Source: Trichoplax adhaerens
Lineage: Eukaryota > Animalia > Placozoa
Length of the DNA stretch: 64,000 nt
Reading direction: 5' to 3'
Assembly (NCBI RefSeq): GCF_000150275.1
Contig: NW_002060955.1
Span: 412,886-476,885 of the forward strand
Shown here: positions 18,401 through 30,800 of the stretch, in pieces
Layout of the letters: each line of letters starts with the position of its first letter
Numbering within the stretch: position 1 is the first letter of the stretch
Made by a program: the position numbers and the translations under genes
The notes under the pieces: model-generated
Database searches by the model: none
Told to the model about the DNA's origin: nothing
The model's input: only the letters and a program-made list of their open reading frames with translations

Positions 18401-20622
18401 TTCAAAAAATTTTTTCCTTCTTCAGCCACCTATGAACGCTACATTGTCTTAAGACTAAACCACCCTTCTAGCGAATTACCGGTAATGCCACTTATTGCGA
18501 TTGAACTGTACGATTATTCATGATACTGTAAATAACTTTTTATTTATATTTGCTCCAAACCAAACCTGCTGCACTGTTGTTTCACGGTAGACATTATCAA
18601 TATTGAATGACGCAAAGGAGTTAAGGTAAAGTATTTCTTTTAGGTCTACTATATAGACGGTTTAAATTGTATTTAACAGAATCAAATTTAGTAATTAAAT
18701 TTATCATCTTAACCTATTTTAAAGTAAGGAAGAATACGATAAGTTAACTAAAATGACCAAAATTCCCAAATTTAAAGAACAGATTATTATTGACAAGCCG
18801 AAATGTAAGTATTTCACTTTACTTAATGTTTATTCAACAAGGCTGCTGATGTACATTATCCTTAACTTTATTTCGCAGCACCATCTTCTAGATATCTATC
18901 TGCTGCCGAATTTCATCCAATTTTTTCGCAAAGTTTCTCTAAAGAGTGGGTATTTACTTTACCGTATCTCTTTTATAAATATTAAATTATCATATTATTA
19001 AAATAAATACGATATTTATCAGAGTTACATTTCCGGAAGACGGCATTGGTGCCATTAATATCACAAAATCCGATTTGCTTTGCCTCCAACCGGGAGAATT
19101 CCTCAATGATGTTATTATCGAATTTTATTTAAAGTAATAGCTTTAAAATTTCTGTATACTTTTTAGCTCTTAAAGTTATTAATGAGTATCTTCATCTTAT
19201 AGATACATACATAGACAGATACTAAATGAGGAAGATAGAAATCGCACGTTTATATTTAGCTCATTCTTTTATAACCGTTTAACTCAGCGCCCGGTGTCAC
19301 CCTCTAAAGATAGGTTTGTAAATTTATACATGTATGATCATGAAAGCTCGTTTGAATATATTTAATATACCCATGAGTTACAACTTAACTCTACGTATTA
19401 ATTTGACGACAGACTCACCTGTATGTACGAAAATGTCAAAAATTGGACTAGAAATGTTAATTTATTTCAGAAGGACTTTATCGTTATACCTATCAATGAA
19501 AGGTATACTTCTGCTTTTTAAGGATTATAGCTACGTAATACTATCATTAAAATTATGTCGAAACTTGACAATCGCTTAGATCCCATTGGTATTTGGCCGT
19601 CTTATGCTATCCATACTTGGAGAAGGCTGTACCTAGAGAAATTATTACAGTTTCAGATAAGGTATATATTCTTACGCCTCATTTTCTAAAATTATATGTA
19701 CTGTATATATTGTATTTAAACTAAATTGATTGGTAACTGATGATAATACTTCAGGATTCAAATCCAGACGATGAATCATCGTCATCAAAGATGACAGGTA
19801 GATCAAGGCATACTGGTGATTCATCAATCAGGATCAGTAAGAGGTAAAGTTGTTGGTATTGAGGATAGTAAATAAATAAATTTATAAGCAATAACTGTCA
19901 CAGTTGTAATTTTTATCGGTTTATTACGACTTTTGATAGATCTTGTATTTTGGTCTTTGATTCCCTTGGATGTCCAAGACCGGCTGTGTTTAGAAATTTA
20001 AGACTGTGAGTAATAATGCGTATTACTTAAGATGTCAAAATACAAAAATGTAATAATCTATTACACATTTCCATGGCTTTCATCGATGATGAACTAGTTT
20101 TATTGATGCCTATTACTCTAGTTATTTATCATTGGAATGGAAAAATAAAAATGAGGTCAGTAGAAAGTTTAATTCGGAAACTGTACCGGGATATTGTCCA
20201 AAGGTAATAACTTATTTGTAATGTAATGATACCTTTAAGAAATCATTTGAAATCAAATTCTGCAATGCATGCAATTTTACTGAAATACAGCTGATATTAT
20301 TGTACATGAGATAGATTCCTCACCAGAATAACGATTGTGATTGTGGCTTATATCTTCTGCAATATTTCGAAAGCTTTTTCAAGGTACTCTTTAGCTTAGT
20401 ATTTTAAATCGTTGTTTAAATTATCTAACATGTTTGGTCGTGGGTTACTAATGCATGTTGTCCTAATTTGTGTAGTTTCTTAATAATATTTATAATATTC
20501 TACAGAATCCCTTCAATGATTACACTCCCCCTATCCATTTACGCAAGTGGTTCAATCTCGACGAAGTTAGCAACAAGCGCTACGATATATTAGAAGTCAT
20601 AGATCAGATAAGGAAGAAATAG
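12476..20622 (+). CDS. SENP7: Sentrin/SUMO-specific protease, SENP6/SENP7 (Ulp2-like, peptidase C48); many small exons, start codon tentative
   Basis: 3' exons (19023-20622) encode [102 protein letters not shown] and IDQIRKK*, so the His/Asp/Cys triad is intact. Phase-consistent upstream micro-exons can be chained back through 14610-14711, 14171-14249, 13878-13916 and 12904-12930 to a candidate ATG at 12476 (5' end low confidence). SENP6 versus SENP7 cannot be resolved. Confidence 0.85.
14958..15927 (+). repeat. Tandem duplication (480 + 490 bp) of three SENP exons with their introns
   Basis: 14958-15437 and 15438-15927 align throughout, e.g. CTATTTCAAAAG|ATTAAACGCTCAACC with exons starting at 15001 and 15481. 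Confidence 0.93.
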
Positions 20623-21490
20623 GAAGAATCCAGGCAGAAGATGACTTAAATAATTTATACTGCGTCCGCAAATTTTGGTTTAGCTGTAAATTTATGACGA
20701 TACTCGTATTTTAGTGTACAGTTATAATCTTTCATAGTTGTAGGCGCTCTACAGTGAGAAATTGGTTAATATATATTTATGGTGTCTGTTTCTGTACAGT
20801 GTATAAAATTATATACCTTTTTGGTGACGTTATTTTTTTTCCCGATTAGAACTTTACATTTCTCTATCGACAGCATACTATTGTATTCTTCTCAGAAATT
20901 TAAGAAATTCAAATACAGTGAAGTGGTGAACTATTTCAAATTGATAATCGGATTTAATTCGATATAATATTGTAAAGTATTCCTACAGCTGTTGTTATTG
21001 GTAGGATTTTTGAAAGGTGTTCCTATAAGGCATTAACCTAATCACTGGAAAGATCAATAAAACTCTTAACCGATTTCAGTCCTTTCCTGATATGATGTAA
21101 TTTCAATAGTTTTTCAAGAAAACCCTGAGTTCTAAATACAATCAAGTTCAATCGTATTTTAAAATTTTATTTTTGTAAGATAAGACGTCCTATGTATTGA
21201 GACTGTTCCAGAATGATGAGTAAGAGGATTTGGTAGTACGCATGCATAGGAATATATATCAGTATATGATACTCGAACATCTTTATTTGTGAATTTTCCG
21301 TTAAGTTATCCAGTTTGCAATTTTATGTGACAATGAATAACAACAACTTATTCCAAAATGATGCCAAAAAAATGATTAAATCATACAATTATGGCATTGT
21401 TGAATTTTTGATGACTTTTATATATAATTAAATAAGATGATCTTTGTAAGATCTACGAGTTTATGCAGTGCTGGTGTGGCGCTGCAGTTG

Positions 21491-23248
21491 TTAGAATAAG
21501 GCTGTCAATTGACTATTAACTTGTTTTAACCTATTAACCGATGAAGTCGACAGTAACTGCCTATTAATTTTAACTAGTTCACGAACGATTGCTTTGGTGT
21601 CGACTGAGTCACCTTTGAATGATTTCATGGTTATTTGATTAAATGGGAATATTTTAACGTAATTGCCAATTTGATTAATTGATCTTGCTTCACTACGCCA
21701 TCGGTCTAGTATTGATCGTATCTTTTGATTTTGTTGTTCTCGGTGTTTCCTTTTCTTATTGGTTAAACTATTGACTAAATCATTTGGAATATCTTGAAGT
21801 TTGGAAAATAATTGATATTTTTGGGTGCTTTGATGTGTAGCTGTGGTTAGATATTGATGACTTGGAGTTATATAGGGCAACTTTGTTGATGTTGATTTAT
21901 GTTGACGAGATTTTCCTTTAATTTTTGACACTGAGTGGGATTTACTTTTTGATAGACGATGTTGATGTCTTTTATCCCGCATAAATATCTTTTTCTTTCG
22001 TCCTTCATTAATTTCTACTTCATCCTGTAAATCATTATCTTCACTATCACGACTATCAGAATTTGTTGAATAGTAATTATTATTTTGAGTCGTTAAATTA
22101 ATTGTTTTGTTGTCATTCTGTTGCTGGTGCTGCTTATAACCATCAGATCGATCAGTTTCATTCATTGTTTTACTAACTACTTTTTCAACTTCTCCAAAGC
22201 CCAAGATATCGAATAAATCATTTAATAGTGGCATTTTCACTTCGAGATCAGCCTGACAATCAAATGATAGAGCAGGTGAAAAATTGACTTCTAATAGCCA
22301 AGGTTTTAAATTTTCATCAATTAAGACATCAAATCCATACAGTTCGAAACAGTTGGATACTTGCGGTACTGTCGGTGCTTGGGTTAATAATGTCAAAATG
22401 ACTAAAGTATTAATTTTAAGCCAGATGTCGTTGCTATTGATATTGCGATTATGCAGATAATTCCATAATTGGCTAAATGTCCATTTACAACCTGGGCCGA
22501 CTATATCTTTATCCTTAGAATAAGATGGCCCATGCTTATTAATTGACGTATTGGTTAAATGAGAATAAACGTTATTTAAACATAATAAGTTGAATTTATC
22601 CGTACTAAAACGTACTAATCCCTCACGATAGACATAAACTGTTAATGGATGAAAGGATGTAACCACAACATATAATCGTAAATCAAATTTATAACCGGAA
22701 ATTAACAGTGGATTTGTAATATAATGTTGAACAACTGCACTACAATCGTATGTTAAATCATTTAAATCTTTAAATATAAAAATGCCACGACCTCGTGATA
22801 AATCGGCCGGTTTACATATCCATAAGTTGCTATCTTGTTGTGGCTGTAGCAAAGCTTGCTGTTGCTGTTGTTGTTGTTGTTGCAACTGTTGTTGATGATC
22901 AAATGAACGACGACGTGAAAATTCGTTAACAAATCGTGTATATTCATTGGGTAAATTAAATGTAGTAGGAAAGAAATCAAATATGTTGCCATAGGTTGCT
23001 TTCATACGATTTAAATTTCTTGTTAATGTATCCTTTCGTGTAATAGCGTTAGCATTCGGGAAATGATTAAAATATTGCCATGGTAGAGCATGCTGAATAT
23101 CATTTAAGCGAAATCGTGCAATTTTCCACCATAAATGGCAAACTTGATTTTCATCGTCTTCATCCAATTCTTGCCACCCTCGTGATAATAATAAATTACG
23201 TATAGCATCGGGAGCATTATCGCTAATTTTGAATGTTAAAGTTGACAT
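21491..23248 (-). CDS. TTLL2: Tubulin-tyrosine-ligase-like polyglutamylase, TTLL2-like; single coding exon
   Basis: Uninterrupted ORF with TTL motifs NHFP..ITRKD, WICKPADLSRGRGI, QHYITNPLLISGYKFDLRLYV, HLTNTSINK and CFELYGFDVLIDENLKPWLLEVNFSP. The motifs KPADLSRGRGIFIF and GPGCKWT fit TTLL2. The first in-frame ATG is at 23248; the ORF track starts at a TTG at 23281. Confidence 0.88.
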   Translation of the reverse strand: MSTLTFKISDNAPDAIRNLLLSRGWQELDEDDENQVCHLWWKIARFRLNDIQHALPWQYFNHFPNANAITRKDTLTRNLNRMKATYGNIFDFFPTTFNLPNEYTRFVNEFSRRRSFDHQQQLQQQQQQQQQALLQPQQDSNLWICKPADLSRGRGIFIFKDLNDLTYDCSAVVQHYITNPLLISGYKFDLRLYVVVTSFHPLTVYVYREGLVRFSTDKFNLLCLNNVYSHLTNTSINKHGPSYSKDKDIVGPGCKWTFSQLWNYLHNRNINSNDIWLKINTLVILTLLTQAPTVPQVSNCFELYGFDVLIDENLKPWLLEVNFSPALSFDCQADLEVKMPLLNDLFDILGFGEVEKVVSKTMNETDRSDGYKQHQQQNDNKTINLTTQNNNYYSTNSDSRDSEDNDLQDEVEINEGRKKKIFMRDKRHQHRLSKSKSHSVSKIKGKSRQHKSTSTKLPYITPSHQYLTTATHQSTQKYQLFSKLQDIPNDLVNSLTNKKRKHREQQNQKIRSILDRWRSEARSINQIGNYVKIFPFNQITMKSFKGDSVDTKAIVRELVKINRQLLSTSSVNRLKQVNSQLTALF

Positions 23249-24399
23249 GATTGATAGTTTTTTTGTTTTTACAACATCCAATATAATTTTGATGCTTCAT
23301 CAAGTTTGTATCAGGAAATGAAATGGAAGAGTTGAGCAGCAATCGAATCCAATTAATTCAACAATATTAAGATTGGTTTATTTCTGGAAGGAATATTGAT
23401 AAGTTAATCATCAACCAATCAGGAGGCTGTCTGGGTCTTGTTTCTAGCGTTCTCGTCGCTATGAAACGACTATAATAGTCCTAATGTTGAATATGTTAAT
23501 GAGCAAAGGTGAATAGTCGACAGCAGGACTTGCCAACGACTGCGATTTACTGTTAATTACATGCACTGGATAAAATAGAATCAATTTTTTGCCTTTTAAA
23601 AATTACTTATTTAAGCTGTACGATGATGCATACACCAACGTAAATAGTAGTAAAGAATGAGAGACAGGTGCTAATAACTGAAAAAAGAAAAAAGAAAGAA
23701 AGGAAAAATAGTAACGTAAGATGTCAGAAACAAAGCAATACCAATCTAGGGCGTAATCTATACTCGGTTTATAGATTTATTTTAGCATACGAAGAGTAGG
23801 CAATAGGTCGATAGTAAAATAGTCATCACGAAACCATCAATTCCTTTTTCAACAAGCTATTTCAATTGGATGTTTTGATGGAGTGGAAGACTTATCCAGA
23901 CAAGTTATTCAAGCAATACAGAAGAATTTTCTTTCTGTCTAAGTAGCAATAACAATTAACATGATATACGGATATCAATAATATCCAATTAGAATAGAAT
24001 TTAGTCAATCATGATTAAAGAAAGACGGACAGAAAAGGAGAGCAAGATTATGGATGGGTGCAATTAGTGTCCATCTATTCACTATTAGTCTTAATTTGTA
24101 TTAATCGATATCTACTGTATGGGTATCAAGACAATTTATAAATCAATGATTGAGGTTAATTCTTGAAAGATAACAATGGTTAAACAATCAAATTGTTATC
24201 ATAATTTGATAACAAATTATCTTCAACAATAGAATAAATTACCTCCAAGCTTAGATAACAAAAACGCTTTGAATTGAACTCATAGTTTAGAAATGATTCT
24301 CAATAGAAAATTAATTTACCATAACAATAAGATTGCATCCTAATACAGTTATTATGTCATTAAGGACTTGTTATTGCATCCAAGAGGGACGATAGAATG

Positions 24400-24870
24400 A
24401 TGGTCATTCTTGCTAAGTAATAGTGGAGAAATAATAGTAATAAATGAAATTGTTTTTGCTATGGATTCTAGTTGTAATTTGCGTACAAATACTCCATGCC
24501 AGTGCATCATGACAGTATGAGGAGGTTTGTCATCATCGACTTGTCATTCCACCCTAGCGACACGGTGACATAATTATCACGATTGAGAAATAGGAGTAAT
24601 AAATAAAATTAGTTTTGCTATAAGGTAAATTCTAGTTATAAATCAGGTATAAATGGCGATACCAGTTCATCATGATAGGATGAGGAGGTTTGCCATCAAT
24701 GACTTGTTATTCCACGTTACAGACAGGGTGTCTTAATCGTCATTCTTGCTAAGCAAAGATTGAGAAATAGAAGTAAGAAAAGAAATTGCTTTTGCTAAAA
24801 TAAATCTTGTTACAATTCGGGTAAAAATGCCCAATACCAGTTAATCATGACAGTATAACGAGGTTTACTA
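24400..24870. repeat. Degenerate tandem repeat, ~160-180 bp unit, about 3 copies
   Basis: Recurring GAGAAATA...TTTTGCTA...CCAGT.CATCATGA.AG.ATGAGGAGGTTTG blocks at ~24426, ~24585 and ~24762. Confidence 0.65.
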
Positions 24871-25556
24871 TTTAGGATAATATTTGATAATCATAAAGGT
24901 TCCATTACTTGTTATAATGTAGAAATTGAATCGTAGAATATGATAGTTCTTCCTATGAATTACACCCTCTATTTAGAATATTTTTCTTTTTTATTGGTGG
25001 ATTCTTTGTAAAATAAATGTTCATTATAGTCTATTTTTATACAAGAGAAAAATATGACATTGTCATTAATCATTAAACGCCTATTTATTTCTTATATATT
25101 TTATTATGAAAGATACAATCTATTTCTGCTATTCGTATTTATTTTAGAATATGGACCATTTTTATTCATGGATTCCTGACGGGATAAGAGTTCGTAATGT
25201 TATACTATGATGTCAGCAACAAGATACGGTAGTTTACTAACTAGAAAAATGACCTTGTTGTTAACGATCAAGTGGCCATTTATCTTTTATACTATTAAAG
25301 GTACGGTGTGCTCCTACTATTCCTACTCAGTGAGGAATATTGGGTCATTTTACTAGTGGATTCTTTACAGAAGACAAGAATAATCATTCTAGGTAGCTGC
25401 GAGTATTTAGCAACAGTAGTTTACTACCGTGCTTGACAGGAGAATCCAAAATCAAGGTCAAATACGCATCCACGTAAATGCTTAGAGATGAAGCATTTCA
25501 TCGATGGTCTGACGGCATAAAGCAGTCGGCAAACGCTGCAATACGTTATATCCAAT

Positions 25557-26750
25557 CGAGGCTAGATTAAGGCTAAATGCATGGAAAAGGTCAAAATGAT
25601 AATTTAAAAGATGGTCAGATGCCATAAAGTAGGTGGCAATGCCTTAACTATTTGTGTGTATGTTGAAAATCAGGAGACTTTTCTCGTCCTTATCGAGGGA
25701 GATCGAGGCTAGATTAAGGCTAAATATGTGGAAAAGGTCAAAATGATAATTTAAAAGATGGTCAAATACCATAAAATAGGTGGCAACGCCTTAACCATTT
25801 GTGTGTATGTCGAAAGTCGGAGACTTTTCTCGTCCATATGACACGATTAGAATGCTTAGCTGAGTTTATTTATGTGCTACTACTATTCATAGTACTTTAA
25901 TTAAATGCTGCACTACGTTTGCTCAATCGAGGCTAGATTAAGGCTAAATACGTGGAAATGGTCAAAATGATAATAATTTAAAAGATGGTCAGATGCCACA
26001 AAGTAGGTGGCAATGCCTTAACCATTTGTGTGTATGTTGAAAGTCGGAGACTTTTCTCGTCCTTATCGAGGCTAGATTAAGGCAAAATACGTGGAAAAGG
26101 TCAAAATGATAATTCAAAGATGGTCAGATGCCACAAAGTAGGTGGCAAAGCCTTAACCATTTGTGTGTACAGTACAGTATATCGAAAGTCTGGAGACTTT
26201 CCTCGTCCTCTTAATACGACTAGAATGCCTAGCTGAGCTCGTGTGCTTCTACTATCCAAATTACTCTAATTAAATGCTGCAATACATACAGTACAGTATG
26301 CTCAGTTGAGGCTAGATTAAGGCTAAATACGTGGAAAAGGTCAAAATGATAATTTAAAAGATGGTCAGATGCCACAAAGTAGGTGGCAATGCCTTAACCC
26401 TTTGTGTGTATATTGAAAGTCTGGAGACTTTCCTCGTCCTCTTAATACGACTAGAATGCCTAGCTGAGTTTATGTGCTACTACTATCCAAATTACTTTAA
26501 TTAAATGCTGCAATACGTACAGTATGCTCAGTTGAGGCTAGATTAAGGCTAAATACGTGGAAATGGTCAAAATGATAATTTAAAAGATGGTCAGATGCCA
26601 CAAAGTAGGTGGCAATGCCTTAACCATTTGTGTGTATGTTGAAAGTCCGGAGACTTTTCTCGTCCTTATCGAGGGAGATGCTAACCTTCTCTCGGCTCAT
26701 ACAACACGACTAGAATGTCTTGCTGAGCCTATTTATGTGCTATTCATGTT
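25557..26750. repeat. Tandem array of six ~135-bp cores with optional ~90-bp extensions
   Basis: GAGGCTAGATTAAGG at 25558, 25705, 25929, 26068, 26308 and 26534 (spacings 147, 224, 139, 240, 226). Confidence 0.93.
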
Positions 26751-27870
26751 GTAATTACTTTTATTATGGGAGTTCAGAGCATGCGCAGTGGTATTGATGA
26801 TTACAGATGGCGGAGGCACAGACTTCTTGCCCATCTTTACAGTAAAGTGTAAAAGGGAACATGCATGCGATATCTTGATATAGAGGAAATTCCAGAAAGT
26901 GAAAAAGAAATCGAGTTGGCCTGCGAACGATTACAGCTGTAGACCTCGAGTGCTTACACATACATATGCAAAATATGCAGGTTTCGACTACTACTAAGCC
27001 AGTTGAACTGTCATCCCTTTACCTTTCCATCTTTACAGCATAGAGTAGTGGAAATAGGATTGATCAATGCACAAACTAATCGCAATATACAGTTAGGTGC
27101 GAACGATTGATCAATCAGTCTAATTAAGAAAATTTTAAATTATCAATTCCTTGGTCAATTTCCTATCTCAAGATGCAAGGCATTTGCACAGTCTATTACT
27201 ACAAGTCAAATGACAATAATGATACGTGTATAATACATAATGACTACGGTATATTGTACTTTGACGTGGTTATAATTCATCAATACGTCAAACACCATTT
27301 CCAGATATACATTGAACTAGAATTTAATTGGGATATTATAAAAAATACATCAGCTCTCCAATGTTTCTGCTCACAGTCACTTTCAATAGAAGCCAGAAAA
27401 TGACTAAACGACATCTTATAAATAAGCCACGTTGAGTATAGTCGGGTTAATATGTTTAATGAATTAGCCAAGGATTAATATATCACAGTCAGATATTTTA
27501 AAAAGCGTAAGGAAGAACAGTGCTAAATAAACTGAAATTGTAGTAGTAATAATAGCATCAAATCCACGCTATAGTACACTATCATCAAGATATACTCCGT
27601 ATAGATCAATTAAAATGATTTATCCAATAAATGTTTGATTCTGTAATCGGAATAATTACCAACTGTCCTCTTTCTTGATCACTGTCAAATATAATTATAA
27701 AGCGCACTATTCCTGTCAAATCAGTAACAGTTTACAAATAAAGTGAAAACGTTCGCAAAATTTGACGCTGTAATTTGAATAAGCTTGATTCTTGTTGTTT
27801 ATTAGATGTACCACTCTAGTCTTTTAGCATAAACTTGTTGTATAAAGTAATATAAAGTAGCTATAAAACA

Positions 27871-30800
27871 TTAATAGATTTTTAAGCTAGTACTACTGGA
27901 CGAATCTTTGGCTTTCTTATTCTTATTAATTGTTTTAGGTGGCTTGATAGGATCTATTATCGTTCCCATTAACGTGGAAATACGAGGTCGTGTCAATTTT
28001 TCTACCGTAGATTGAGAGTTCCAATGTCGTCCGATAGGTTTATTCATTGTATTATTCCAAGCTCTATAATTTCTACAAGAATGGGGTAACTGAGTAACTT
28101 GATGCTTTGTAAATCTTTCATCGACAGATTCATTAATGATGACATTCTTCAAGTGATCATCTTGTCGACGGGGAGGAGGAGGTACAGGCTTGGTTTTCTT
28201 TTTACGTTTTTTAATTCCAGCACCACTCCAAGCTCCCCAACCAGGTAATCTCAAATCGGTCTCCTTTGGTTTAGAAGCTTCTTTCGATAATTCCTTTTCT
28301 TTTAGAAATTCTTCAATTACATCGTCATCTTCAAAAGCTTGTTCTACATTAAGTTGATTGTTTACAATTGAATCATCACTGTCTTCACTATCATTGCCAT
28401 CATAAGTGAAATTTAATGCATTCTTGCTACGATCTTCAAGAATTAAAAATTTATTAGGATTAATGGATGCTTCTTCAGTTATGTGAAAAGATTTTTTACT
28501 CTTCTTTGAATTTGTCTCCTTAGCAGAGGTAATATTGGGCTGTGCATCCTGCTGATCAATGCTATTATTATCCACATCGTCATCTATTGCAAACTCATCT
28601 AGTTCATTTTTGGCGTCCAATTTATTCTGATCAGGATTAGTTTTTGTGATGTCGATATCGTCGTTGTCATCTGTTACACTAGAATAGTCACTATCAGATT
28701 CAATAGCACGAGGTTCAAGGGCTGGTTGTTTACTTTGTACAGTTGTATTTACATCTTTATGTGACGATTCTTGCTTAGAGCTATTTGTTGAAGCTAACCA
28801 TGGATTATATTGGTTAGGATTAATAATTTTTGTTAAATCCACATTGTTTTCATCAGGGCTATCTCGATCATTTTCATCTTCCTTGGCTGTATTTAGATCA
28901 AATTCTTTCTTCTCTGTAAGTTCACGGCTTTTCTTCAATTGTTCAGTGAGTGCTTTACGAGTCTAAATAATTCGCCAAGTATTCAAAATTTTATTCCTCG
29001 TCATTTTAAAATGAATAGTGTTTATGCATAATGTATTCAATCTGTATACACACATATGTATAGAACGCAGGTACGTATAGCAACATAGTGATTGTTAATC
29101 GAGACATTTATTGGATATACAACCTCAGGATTGTTACGGCCTTTGGCAGCTAAATATCTCGCCCACTTGGAGGTATTTCGATGCCTTAAAGAAACACGTT
29201 CCTAAAAGCATTGCACATTGTATTCAGTAAGGCAAACGTCAATGTAGTGTACTATATTATAAAGCATGGATTGAAACTTTAGCTTAAAGACTTTTATCAG
29301 GACAATGCTACTAATTGTTTACCAGGGCTCTTGCTCTTTCTTCCTTTTCTAAATCATCCTTGATTGTTTCTGGATCTTGTTTCATTAACTCCTCCATTGA
29401 CATCTTGGTAAGTTTTTTTTTTTCTGCCTTTTTCTTAATTCTATGGTACCTATATTGGAATTGATTCAAGGCATTTATTCCATTTTTCTAGAATTGAACG
29501 ATATGGAATAGATAAAGCAGCACAAGAGATATGTATTTTCGTACTTTTTACTCTTAATTTTCTTTTGTCTTTTGCATTTTTGCTCATAATGGGATTGCAA
29601 AGCTCGCATTTTTCTCAGTTCGGCCAATCGCTCTTTTGCCTTACAATAGTATAAGAAATTGACATATACTATTGGTTAAATTATGTATAGTAGAGTGTAA
29701 AGGTATTTATTAATATCGATTGGCAAAATGTTTAACCTCTTCTAAGTCCATGGTTTTTAAAGCTTCTTCCTCAGCTTCAGTCAACTCTTTGTTTCGCGAT
29801 TCAATATTTTTCTTGCTTTTATTAAGGATTGTCTCAATTTCTTGTTCCAATGGCGTACTAACCTAATGGGTTATAGTTGGATAAACTTACAGCCAGTATT
29901 CATCGAAATCCGTTTTCCGGGCTAGAAGCACTTACCTTGAATTGAACAGAATCTGTAGAAAGTGACGATTTCGTCGGTCGATAGCGATTTAGCGGAAAGG
30001 ATAAGTGTTCAGCCTTTCAACAAGTTCCAAAAATTATTCATAATGTGGGAAAAGGGCGATATTTGATTAATTTTATCACTTATGTCTATCTTTCTGCATA
30101 ATTATCAACTTGAATAATGACTGTGATATAGCAATAGTATTTCATGACTACAAGATGGAACCAAAATAAAGTAAGAATTATTACTTTGCGATTTTGTCTG
30201 ATTGTATCAGTCCATTTCGAGATATCTTTCGATGTGTCTTGATATAGAACTGTCCTTTGAAACTGTAATAAAAAATTACAATTTTTGGAGGTGAAAAGTT
30301 AAACTTGGTAACTTGTAAGGTTTTCGAAAACTCAAATAGTAAGAAAATCATACTCTTTCCAATTGGGGTTTAGGTATAGGCGGTTCAACCACGCTTTGAT
30401 CGACTTTAACTGTGTTCTATATCAAGTGTATTGTAAGATATCAGAAGATTGTCGACGGTGACAGTTTAATCTACTTTAATAGCGCTACAAACGCATTATT
30501 CCAATAATACCAATTGATCTTTAATATTTTTAAGTTTTTTGGATTTCTTAATAGAAGCCACAAGGTCTTGGAATACAATTTTTTGTCCCTTGCCTAAGTT
30601 TATTAGTGTATTATGATAAGGGTTAACGGTAGTATCCATGTGAAAAGCACGTTTACTTTTAACGTGACTGTCACTTTGTTTTGATAAATACCTGAGCCAG
30701 CTGAAATTCCGAAATCAGACACATTAGGACTTGGCTCTGTTCTGACTGGTATTTTTCTGCAGGTAAAATAGAAAAGAACACCTTTATGGTTAATCCTTAC

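Noticed and set aside
25557-26750. CRISPR-like repeat/spacer appearance
   Set aside because: The repeats are ~135 bp, the intervening segments are homologous to each other, no cas genes are present, and the context is eukaryotic.
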